From NCBI GenBank assembly GCA_946186735.1, contig CAMHOK010000001.1, positions 446-64,445 on the forward strand: a DNA stretch of 64,000 bases, given 5' to 3'. The DNA comes from an uncultured Bacteroidales bacterium. Its GTDB lineage: Bacteria; Bacteroidota; Bacteroidia; Bacteroidales; Paludibacteraceae. A program made the position numbers and the translations under genes. Shown here in pieces: positions 48,271 to 55,970 of the stretch. Position 1 is the stretch's first letter, and each line of letters begins with the position of its first letter. Below the pieces are notes generated by a model. The model was given only the letters and a program-made list of their open reading frames with translations, made no database searches and was not told where the DNA came from.

Positions 48271-49212
48271 TTAGTCGTTCTTCAGCAATCTCTTTATTCT
48301 TTCATGCAGTAATGATTTATATGCTTCTTTCTGCTCTTGAGTCAAGAAAGAGCAACTGATAGTCTCTTCCCATTTGGGTAAAACAGACGCAAATCGCTCT
48401 GCTGTGTGACGGATAAAATGTACAGGGAGGTTAGCATGTCTTGCTGCTTCTTCAAAATCGCGTAACCGGATATTGGATTTTTTACCATTTAATGTCAGTG
48501 CCATTTCCTCTTTATCCTTTGGGTTCACTATTGTCACATTCACAAGGTCATAAGCAGGTGTTAAGACATATTGTGTTGCCGGTTTATACAACGAGAAGTT
48601 TTTCAAATGCATATCGTTGTTGCCCGTCAGGAAACAAAAGATTAACAATTCGTAGAAATTCGTCAAATCCAATTGTGGGATTGCGGAATACTGAGCAATC
48701 AGTTTGGCTACTTGTTCATAACTGCTTTTGTACTTGTCCTCCGTCTTGCGTTCCGCCAGTTGGCACATATCTTCCATCAAAATCTTCTGCCCCTTTGCGC
48801 CCCGGTCGAACCGCCGGGTAATATATCCGAGACTACCGTCTGCCAGGCGGATGAGCGAATGTCGTGCAACAGGCAATCTGGCATCTTCCGCCAAGTGCAT
48901 TGTAAGGTCTTCAACTTCCGGTAAGTGTTCGAATAGCTCGGTCTGGGGCTTGAAAATATATTGTCCCCATAATCCCACAATCGTCAAGCGTTTGCTGCCT
49001 TCGTGTTCTGTCAGATTAAGCGACAACTTGGCCTGTACGCCGGTAAGAGTGGTCTGCGAACGGATGATTTCGGTTGCCAGCCGTTCCATATCCGCTTGAG
49101 TATAGTCCATGAGCGGCTGCTGTTTTATGCCGAACATCTTCTTGGCACAGGACGGATGAAAATCTATCTGTCCGGGCTTTAATTTCTTATAACAATATAG
49201 ACATTTGCACAT
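48271..49212 (-). CDS. HipA-family Ser/Thr kinase toxin lacking the HipA N-terminal subdomain (HipT-like), with Cys-rich N-terminus
   Basis: HipA_C catalytic loop GNNDMHLKNFSL. N-terminal CKCLYCYKKL...HPSC motif. Confidence 0.85.
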   Translation of the reverse strand: MCKCLYCYKKLKPGQIDFHPSCAKKMFGIKQQPLMDYTQADMERLATEIIRSQTTLTGVQAKLSLNLTEHEGSKRLTIVGLWGQYIFKPQTELFEHLPEVEDLTMHLAEDARLPVARHSLIRLADGSLGYITRRFDRGAKGQKILMEDMCQLAERKTEDKYKSSYEQVAKLIAQYSAIPQLDLTNFYELLIFCFLTGNNDMHLKNFSLYKPATQYVLTPAYDLVNVTIVNPKDKEEMALTLNGKKSNIRLRDFEEAARHANLPVHFIRHTAERFASVLPKWEETISCSFLTQEQKEAYKSLLHERIKRLLKND

Positions 49213-49217
49213 ATAGA

Positions 49218-49538
49218 TTATTCTTCTATAGGTTGTACACTAACAGCTCCGATACAATCTTTGCAGCATAGCAACAGCAATCCCATTCGGTCCAATTGGG
49301 AGATATCGCTATTACGCAATGCCACATCCAACAACCAACCTTCCGGTATCAAACCGTCAAAGAACGGATGTAGGATATTACTATCATACGCTTGTTCACG
49401 AAGAGGCAGAGTTAAACTAACAGGCTCTGCGTCTGCTCTTTCTAAATAGCGGCTATCATACGTAAAACGGTATCCTGTTTCGGTCTCCTCTAAACGTCCC
49501 GCCAAAAAATCACGGACATAGATATCAGCTTTGCGCAT
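49218..49538 (-). CDS. HipA N-terminal subdomain protein (HipS-like)
   Basis: 106 aa. The VSLTLPL...FFDGLIPEGW pattern is typical of the HipA N-terminal coupling domain. Confidence 0.8.
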   Translation of the reverse strand: MRKADIYVRDFLAGRLEETETGYRFTYDSRYLERADAEPVSLTLPLREQAYDSNILHPFFDGLIPEGWLLDVALRNSDISQLDRMGLLLLCCKDCIGAVSVQPIEE

Positions 49539-49737
49539 GGTTTTTAGGTTGAGCGGTTAGACAATAATTGAACAGGTTGAGTAGTTGATTGACCGTATCC
49601 ATACGTGCAGTCGTTTTGCCTTGTTCCAACTCACGGAGAAAAGCCAGACTTACTCCTGCTTTACGGGCCGCCTCTTCTTGTGTCAAGCCATATTGTTTTC
49701 GCAAGGCTTTGACAGTGTTTGCAATTTCTGTTCTCAT
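49525..49737 (-). CDS. XRE-family HTH protein (HipB-like)
   Basis: LRKQYGLTQEEAARKAGVSLAFLRELEQGK helix-turn-helix. 14-nt overlap with the downstream HipS-like gene. Confidence 0.8.
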   Translation of the reverse strand: MRTEIANTVKALRKQYGLTQEEAARKAGVSLAFLRELEQGKTTARMDTVNQLLNLFNYCLTAQPKNHAQS

Positions 49738-49828
49738 AGTACTACATATTATAGTAGATAATCATGTCCTGTTTCTTAAATTATACTTACGATGGTATAT
49801 AAATCTGTGTAGTTCTATCGTGTTTATA

Positions 49829-49838
49829 TACTATAGTA
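49829..49838. promoter_or_regulatory. Perfect 10-bp palindrome TACTATAGTA just downstream of the islet promoter (candidate operator)
   Basis: Read directly. A related TACTA-N7-TAGTA sits at 49740-49756 next to the HTH gene start. Confidence 0.3.
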
Positions 49839-49851
49839 GTTAAAATACGTT

Positions 49852-49859
49852 GCAAAGGT
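49852..49859 (-). promoter_or_regulatory. -7 box TACCTTTG for the hipB-like operon
   Basis: Minus-strand TAnnTTTG match. Confidence 0.4.
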
Positions 49860-49931
49860 AGTAAAATACTCGATATCCGCAAATATTTTTTGCGATTTTC
49901 CGAAGATTGTGGGTACTTTGTTCCAAAGATT

Positions 49932-49990
49932 GTGGGTTTGAGTCCCGGTGGGGTCACCAAACAGATCATGCAGACCTCAAACAGTTGAAT
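49932..49990 (+). repeat. Direct repeat copy 2 (displaced tRNA-Arg 3' end plus flank), att-like
   Basis: 56/59 identical to 48164..48222. Preceded by a duplicated 12-mer AAGATTGTGGGT (49903-49914 and 49925-49936). Confidence 0.9.
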
Positions 49991-50011
49991 GGTCGGTCGT
50001 GCGGTAAAGAC

Positions 50012-50053
50012 GAAGCATCTTCTCTGAATTTGACAAGATTCAGAGAAGATGCT
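50012..50053. terminator. Perfect 16-bp hairpin (AGCATCTTCTCTGAAT / ATTCAGAGAAGATGCT, 8-nt loop)
   Basis: Read directly. Lies between the att-like repeat and the repeat array downstream of the GH57 gene. There is no strong T-tract on either strand. Confidence 0.45.
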
Positions 50054-50054
50054 C

Positions 50055-50140
50055 TCTAATTTCTAACAGCGCAGCGGTCTAACCCCTCACAGCGTAGCGT
50101 TCTCACAGCTCAGCGGTCTAACCTCTAACAGCGCAGCGTT
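50055..50140. repeat. Largest array of the 16-nt repeat family (about 4 full units with CTAACC(C/T) short units)
   Basis: The units are CTAACAGCGCAGCGGT, CTCACAGCGTAGCGTT, CTCACAGCTCAGCGGT and CTAACAGCGCAGCGTT. The array ends 1 nt before the GH57 stop codon. Confidence 0.9.
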
Positions 50141-50141
50141 C

Positions 50142-51422
50142 TTATTGCTGTTTTCTTTTGCGCAGTTTCTTTATCTCTTCTTCGAGTTCGGCTATCTCTT
50201 TCTCTTGGTTGTTGATGGTGGTGAGCAGTTCGTTGAGTTCTTCGTTCTCGATGGTGGTAGGATATTGTTCGTCAACGAGTTGCAGGAAGTCGGAGAGGAT
50301 GTTCATATAGTTGATGAAGGCATCGTAAGGCGACTCGTAAGGTGAGCCTTCGACATGTTGGTGGCTCATGTAGTGGAGATAGGTGATGTCTTGTAGTACG
50401 AGCCAGTCAGCCTTGAGTCGTTTGTCTTGGCAGAGGTGTACTCTCTCGCTCACGGCATAGAGTTTATTGAGGGCTTCTTGTTGCAGGTCGTTGCCATTGT
50501 ATGCAGCAAGGTCTTTGGCTTCTCCTGTCCATGTGAGAGCGTAGGGTACGCTTACGGTACCTGAGACGGCTATCTTCTTGCTAACCTCGGCAGGTGTGAG
50601 GAAGCCTATCTCGCGTTCGAGGGCATAGAAAGGCAGAGCTTTGAGGAAGTCGAAGATACCTGTCTGAGCGTTCTGTCTGATACCGAAAGTCTCGGCTCCG
50701 AGCCAGATGTTTACCACCTCTTCTTCGTTAGGCAGTTGGCTTATCTGCATGGCATAGCGTTCGGCATCCATGGGGTAGTTTTTCCAAGCGGGGTCAGAGA
50801 AATGGAAGGCGAGCTCATCGCTGAGTTGGTTGTTGCGGAGCAGCACTTTGAGCTTGGGCGAGAGGGCGGAGTTATATACATAGTTAGGTGATTTCCATGA
50901 CAGTATATGTTTGGCTCCTTCGGTCATTATAGTCTTATATCCCATTTGGTTGACTGTCTCGCCTATCTCGTCGGAGTAGAGCAGTTCGGTGTTCCATACG
51001 GTAGTGGGTTTGACTGAGAAGAGGTTGTTGAGTTGCTGAGCATGCTGTTTGAGTTGTGCTTCGAAGTCGGCTTTGTTGTACTCGGCAGCGAGTGAGTGTG
51101 CATAGGGTGTGAGTACGAACTCCACACACTTGGTGGCGGCGAGCTCTTTGAGGCAGTCGATCATCTCGGGTGCGTACTGTTGGAACATGTCGATGAGCAG
51201 TCCTGAAACCGACAGAGCGCAGTGGAACTTCTGGTGGGACATGCGTATCATGTCTGCCAATGTGCGGCAGAGTGGCAGATAACTGGTCTGGACGAGCCAT
51301 GAGATGTTATCTTCGGTCTGCATGTCGTCGTAGTAGTAATGGTCTTGTCCGATGTCGAAGAAACGATAGCGTTTGAGCACATACGGAGCGTGCATCTGGA
51401 AGCAAAAAGATATATTTTTCAT
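50142..51422 (-). CDS. Glycoside hydrolase family 57 (alpha-amylase-like) with C-terminal coiled coil
   Basis: The N-terminus FCFQMHAPYVLKRYRFFDIGQDHYYYDD is typical of Bacteroidales GH57 proteins. Synteny with GT4 and debranching-enzyme genes. Confidence 0.8.
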   Translation of the reverse strand: MKNISFCFQMHAPYVLKRYRFFDIGQDHYYYDDMQTEDNISWLVQTSYLPLCRTLADMIRMSHQKFHCALSVSGLLIDMFQQYAPEMIDCLKELAATKCVEFVLTPYAHSLAAEYNKADFEAQLKQHAQQLNNLFSVKPTTVWNTELLYSDEIGETVNQMGYKTIMTEGAKHILSWKSPNYVYNSALSPKLKVLLRNNQLSDELAFHFSDPAWKNYPMDAERYAMQISQLPNEEEVVNIWLGAETFGIRQNAQTGIFDFLKALPFYALEREIGFLTPAEVSKKIAVSGTVSVPYALTWTGEAKDLAAYNGNDLQQEALNKLYAVSERVHLCQDKRLKADWLVLQDITYLHYMSHQHVEGSPYESPYDAFINYMNILSDFLQLVDEQYPTTIENEELNELLTTINNQEKEIAELEEEIKKLRKRKQQ

Positions 51423-51520
51423 ACTTTTTCCTCCGCTTCTTGTGAAGCAATACGGATGGAGGGGTTCCGTTTTTTATATTATTATTCTGTTTATCTTAGG
51501 TGTTGTGTTCTCAGCTTTGT

Positions 51521-52777
51521 TTATCTGCCGATCACTTTGTCGTAGATAGCTCTCACTTTGAGTCCGGCGTCAGCCCATCGTATGTTGTTGACCTCTTCTC
51601 GTCCGAGAGTGCTCAGTGAGTGGTACATGGCGGGGTACTTGACGATAGCATAGATAGCGTCTGCCATAGCATCGATATCCCAGTAGTCGGTTTTGATGGC
51701 GTGTGTGAGTATCTCGGCGCATCCTGACTGGTGTGAGATGATGCTGGGGCATCCTACTTGCATGGCTTCGAGTGGTGAGATGCCGAAGGGCTCGCTGACG
51801 GATGGCATGATATAGACATCTGACTCTGCCAACATCTGTTGCACCTGTTTGCCTCTCATGAATCCCGGGAAATGGAAGCGGTCGGCGATGCCGCGTCGTG
51901 CGACGAGGTCGATCATCTCTTGCATCTTGTCGCCTGAGCCTGCCATGACGAAGCGTACCCCTTTGGTCTTGGCGAGCACACGAGCTGCAGCTTCGACGAA
52001 GAACTCGGGTCCTTTCTGCATGGTTATACGGCCGAGGAAAGTGACAATCTTATCCTTGCGTTCGTGCTTAACGAACTCTTCGGGATGAGCCAAGGGCTCG
52101 ACGGCATTGTGAACGGTAGATACCTTATCGGGGTTGATACCGTATTTCTCGATGACTGTTCGTCTTGTGAGGTTGCTCACGCACATTATATGGTCGGCAG
52201 CGTCCATACCTCTTTTCTCAATAGCGAAGACGGTAGGGTTGACATTACCTCGTGAGCGGTCGAAGTCGGTGGCATGCACATGTATGACGAGCGGTTTGCC
52301 GCTTATCTGTTTGGCGAAGACTCCGGCGGGGTAGGTGAGCCAGTCGTGCGAGTGGATGATGTCGAAATCGAGGCTATGAGCGAGCACCGAAGCCACGGCT
52401 TCGTAGTTGCCTATCTCTTCCAGCAGGTTGTCGGGATAGCGTCCGGAGAAGCCCACACAACCCAGTTCATCGGTACCTATACGGGTGTAGTCATAGTGAA
52501 TACCGTTGCGCAGGTGATAGTACTCTTCGGGCGACATCTTGCCTTCCATCTGTGAGCGTACTTTGTCGTAGGGCACATCTTTCCATACGATAGGTACGGA
52601 GTTGGCTCCGATGATGCGAAGGAACGATTGGTCTTCGTCGCCCCATGGCTTGGGTATAACGAAGGTTATGTGCATATCCGGCTGCTGCGCCATGCCACGC
52701 GTGAGACCATAGCTGGCGGTGCCAAGTCCACCGAGGATATGAGGCGGGAACTCCCAACCAAACATTAGTGCTTTCAT
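51521..52777 (-). CDS. Glycosyltransferase family 4 (glycogen synthase-like)
   Basis: GWEFPPHILGGLGTA N-terminus and the PSVSEPFGISPLEAM (E-x7-E) motif. Confidence 0.82.
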   Translation of the reverse strand: MKALMFGWEFPPHILGGLGTASYGLTRGMAQQPDMHITFVIPKPWGDEDQSFLRIIGANSVPIVWKDVPYDKVRSQMEGKMSPEEYYHLRNGIHYDYTRIGTDELGCVGFSGRYPDNLLEEIGNYEAVASVLAHSLDFDIIHSHDWLTYPAGVFAKQISGKPLVIHVHATDFDRSRGNVNPTVFAIEKRGMDAADHIMCVSNLTRRTVIEKYGINPDKVSTVHNAVEPLAHPEEFVKHERKDKIVTFLGRITMQKGPEFFVEAAARVLAKTKGVRFVMAGSGDKMQEMIDLVARRGIADRFHFPGFMRGKQVQQMLAESDVYIMPSVSEPFGISPLEAMQVGCPSIISHQSGCAEILTHAIKTDYWDIDAMADAIYAIVKYPAMYHSLSTLGREEVNNIRWADAGLKVRAIYDKVIGR

Positions 52778-52822
52778 GTTATCTTCTATTGATGTTTAAT
52801 TACTGATTATTGTTTAGTCTCT

Positions 52823-54796
52823 TTATTGTTCTTGCTCAGAGGCTTGTTTCTCTTTTTCTTTCTCTTGTACTGTTTTCATCACAGAGATGACGGCGGCCAC
52901 TGATGGTGCGTACGACATGCCTCCGTGTCCTTTGTATGGAGGGTTACCGTCGTATATCTCATTGAGTGTACCGATACACAGTTCTGACATCTCCACCTCG
53001 AAGCCCACGAGCATACGCTCCATGAAGCCTATGCCGCTGAGCTTGTAAACTCGCATATAAGCGTTGGCGTATGCCATGATGGTCCATGGCCATACGGGAC
53101 CATTGTGGAAGTTGTGGTTGCGCTCTTGTTCGCCTCCCACATAGACGGGTCTATATTCGCCGCTCTTAGGTGAGATGGTGCGGAGTCCTCGTGGTGTGAG
53201 CAGCTCTTTGGTGCAGATGTCCACCACTGCTTTCTGCTGTTTTCTGTCGAGAGGAGAGTAGGGTAGAGCGGCAGCCCATATCTGGTTGGGTCTGACCTCT
53301 TTGTCGTGGTAGTTGTCAACGACATAGTCGTCGAGATAGACGCCGTTCCAGAAGGTGTTGACGAAGGCTGACTTGCACAGCTCTGACTGATAAGAGATGA
53401 GGTCGGCTCTATGTTCTTGTCCCATGGTGCGAAGCATGTCGGAGACGAAGCAGAGGTCGTTGTACCATAGTGCGTTGATCTCGACCACATATCCTGTTCG
53501 TGGAGTGATGGGTCGTCCATCTTCCATAGCGTTCATCCACGTGGCGGGTCGGGAGAGTCCGTCCACCCATGTGAGTCCGTTGGAGTGGAGGAACATGCGG
53601 GGGTGGCGCTGCTTGCGTATCATCTCGATGATTTCGGCGCATATCTGTCCGTATTTCTGAGCGGCTTGTTCGATACCATACACATCCGCATATTTCTGAA
53701 TAGCTCTGATGAACCAGAGCAGAGCGTCGGGTTCATCGAGTCCTTTGAGTGCTATCTTATCGGCTGTCTCGGGGTTAGCGATGAACGACTCGACCTCGTC
53801 GATGGCAGTCTTGTCCATGATAGCCTCCCAGTACTCGGGTCGGTCGATATAGAGTGTGCACGATGGCAGTGAGAAGAACTGCTCTCTTGCTGTGGGTTTG
53901 AACCAGGGATAACCGGCGAGCAGATGACACTTGTCGCCTTCGCGTTTATAGAACTGAGCGGCGGAGTTCTTGAGGCAAGCGAACATGTTGTCGCGCACAT
54001 TGCGTCGGAGCATCTCTTTATCCCAGATGGTCTTGAGGGTGCGGGTGTTGATCTCGCTGATGCCGGCAGAGAAGATGACCGACTCACCTTTCTTCATCGG
54101 CAGTTCGAACCAACCGGGTACCATCAGGTCTTCTTTATACTCGTAGCCGCGTTCTTGTTCTTTCTGATATTCGATATCTTTGTACCAGTGTGGTTCATGA
54201 GTATAGGTACATTGTTTGGAGAACTGCATGAAGAGTTGCGGGAACTCTGGATACATACGGTTGACTCTTCCGTTCTGCACCTCGTCCATGTTGCTGTTAG
54301 CACGGTCGTTTTGGTGTGTGAGTTGGTTGACGGAGCGGAAGGCGAGGAAGGGGCGGAAGCGCAGAGTGGTAGGTGAGTGTGCTTCAAGCAGTGTGTAGCG
54401 GATGAGGATACGCGGCTCGAAAGAGACGAGCAGTCGCTCTTTGGTGAGTACGACACCTCCTACACGGTAGGTGGTGCGTGCTATCACATCGCAGTCGAAC
54501 TGGCGGATATACTTATGTCCGTTGGGCGAGAAGGTTTGTTCTCCGTATTTATGAATGCCTAAGTTGAACTCGGCACCATGTTGGATGACTGTCTCGTCGA
54601 GCGAGGAGAGGAGTACATAGTTGTCGTCGCCCAGTTCGGGAAGGGGCATGACTAACTGACCATGATACTTACGGGTGTTGCAGTCAACGAGAGTCGAGCT
54701 GTTGTACACTCCGGCGCGATTGGTCCTGATCATCTCCTTGGAGAGCGAGCGTTCAAGGTTGATGAGCAGCGCTTTATCAAAATTAAGGTATCCCAT
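52823..54796 (-). CDS. Amylo-alpha-1,6-glucosidase / glycogen debranching enzyme
   Basis: GDE N-terminal domain plus the (alpha/alpha)6 C-terminal domain (GPVWPWTIMAY). Confidence 0.85.
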   Translation of the reverse strand: MGYLNFDKALLINLERSLSKEMIRTNRAGVYNSSTLVDCNTRKYHGQLVMPLPELGDDNYVLLSSLDETVIQHGAEFNLGIHKYGEQTFSPNGHKYIRQFDCDVIARTTYRVGGVVLTKERLLVSFEPRILIRYTLLEAHSPTTLRFRPFLAFRSVNQLTHQNDRANSNMDEVQNGRVNRMYPEFPQLFMQFSKQCTYTHEPHWYKDIEYQKEQERGYEYKEDLMVPGWFELPMKKGESVIFSAGISEINTRTLKTIWDKEMLRRNVRDNMFACLKNSAAQFYKREGDKCHLLAGYPWFKPTAREQFFSLPSCTLYIDRPEYWEAIMDKTAIDEVESFIANPETADKIALKGLDEPDALLWFIRAIQKYADVYGIEQAAQKYGQICAEIIEMIRKQRHPRMFLHSNGLTWVDGLSRPATWMNAMEDGRPITPRTGYVVEINALWYNDLCFVSDMLRTMGQEHRADLISYQSELCKSAFVNTFWNGVYLDDYVVDNYHDKEVRPNQIWAAALPYSPLDRKQQKAVVDICTKELLTPRGLRTISPKSGEYRPVYVGGEQERNHNFHNGPVWPWTIMAYANAYMRVYKLSGIGFMERMLVGFEVEMSELCIGTLNEIYDGNPPYKGHGGMSYAPSVAAVISVMKTVQEKEKEKQASEQEQ

Positions 54797-54845
54797 AAGG
54801 CAGAATTTATGATATTGTTATTTATTATCTTTTTGTTGTGTGGGC

Positions 54846-55955
54846 TTATTTGAACTCATCTTTGGTGTCAGCCACGAACTGTCGTATCTGCTGTTCGTTC
54901 TCTTTTCGGCAGATGAGCAGTACTCCTTCGTTCTCGACGACGATATAGTTGTTGAGTCCTTCGATGACCGCCATCTTACCGTTCTCGAGTGTAACGAGGT
55001 TGTTAGCAGCGTTGTAGAAAGCGGCTTGTGAGTGAAGAGCGACATTGCCTTGTTGGTCTTTGTCAGACAACTCGTAGAGTGAGCCCCATGTGCCCACATC
55101 TGACCATCCGAAGGCAGCGGGTATGACCCTTACGTTCTCGGCTTTCTCCATGATACCATAGTCGATAGAGATATTGTCGCAGAGAGGGAAGTGTTGGTTG
55201 ATATAGTCTTGTTCGTTATCGGTTCCGATAATCTCTTTGCCGTCCTCGAAGTGTTGCCATACAGATGGCAGGAACGTTTGGTAGGCATCGATGATGGTTT
55301 GGAGGTTGAAGACGAACATGCCTGAGTTCCACAGATAGTTGCCGTCGGCAAGGTACTGCCGTGCTGTTTGGATGTCGGGTTTCTCTCTGAACCTAAGAAC
55401 TTTATATGCTTCTTTGTTGATGCCGAGCGGTTGTGTCTGCTGAGGTATCTGTATGTATCCGTATCCTGTCTCGGGTCGAGTAGGTGTCATGCCGAGAGTG
55501 AGTATGTGGTTGTTGTCGGCTACATAGTTGAGTGCGGTGGTGAGTGTTAGTTGGAAGGCATTAGTGTCGGTTATGAGATGGTCGGCAGCGGCAACGAAGA
55601 TGTTGGCCTTATTGAGGGGTTTGTGTTGCTGCGCGAGGGTAGCTCTGATGCGTGCTATGGCGTATGCCACGCAAGGTGCGGTGTTGCGTCGGCAGGGTTC
55701 GGCGAGTATCTGTGCGGGTTGTAGCTGAGGTATCTGTTGGAGCACTAACTGTCGGTATGCTTTGTTGGTGACGACAAGGATGTTGCTCACGGGCACGAGA
55801 GGGAGGGCGCGTTGGACGGTCATCTGTATAAGCGACTGTCCGGTGCCGAAGAAGTCGAGGAACTGTTTGGGTTTGTGTTCTCTCGAGAAGGGCCAGAAGC
55901 GACTTCCTATGCCGCCTGCCATTATGATGAGGTAGTTGTTGTCGGTGTTTGTCAT
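54846..55955 (-). CDS. manC: Mannose-1-phosphate guanylyltransferase
   Basis: IIMAGGIGSRFWPFSR nucleotidyltransferase motif. The length of about 369 aa is typical of the Bacteroidales enzyme. Confidence 0.82.
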   Translation of the reverse strand: MTNTDNNYLIIMAGGIGSRFWPFSREHKPKQFLDFFGTGQSLIQMTVQRALPLVPVSNILVVTNKAYRQLVLQQIPQLQPAQILAEPCRRNTAPCVAYAIARIRATLAQQHKPLNKANIFVAAADHLITDTNAFQLTLTTALNYVADNNHILTLGMTPTRPETGYGYIQIPQQTQPLGINKEAYKVLRFREKPDIQTARQYLADGNYLWNSGMFVFNLQTIIDAYQTFLPSVWQHFEDGKEIIGTDNEQDYINQHFPLCDNISIDYGIMEKAENVRVIPAAFGWSDVGTWGSLYELSDKDQQGNVALHSQAAFYNAANNLVTLENGKMAVIEGLNNYIVVENEGVLLICRKENEQQIRQFVADTKDEFK

Positions 55956-55970
55956 GGTGATAGTCGTTTA

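Larger units (their letters stand above)
48223..49931. mobile_element. About 1.7-kb integrated islet remnant at tRNA-Arg carrying only a HipBST-like module (no integrase)
   Basis: Bounded by 59-bp direct repeats that include the tRNA 3' end. Visibly more AT-rich than the flanks (not computed). All three genes are on the minus strand. Confidence 0.6.

Noticed and set aside
49932-49958. Possible second tRNA gene at the right end of the islet.
   Set aside because: Only the 3' 27 nt (T-arm 3' half plus acceptor 3' strand and CCA) match tRNA-Arg. The preceding about 50 nt cannot form D or anticodon arms. It is interpreted as the displaced attB-side half-site.
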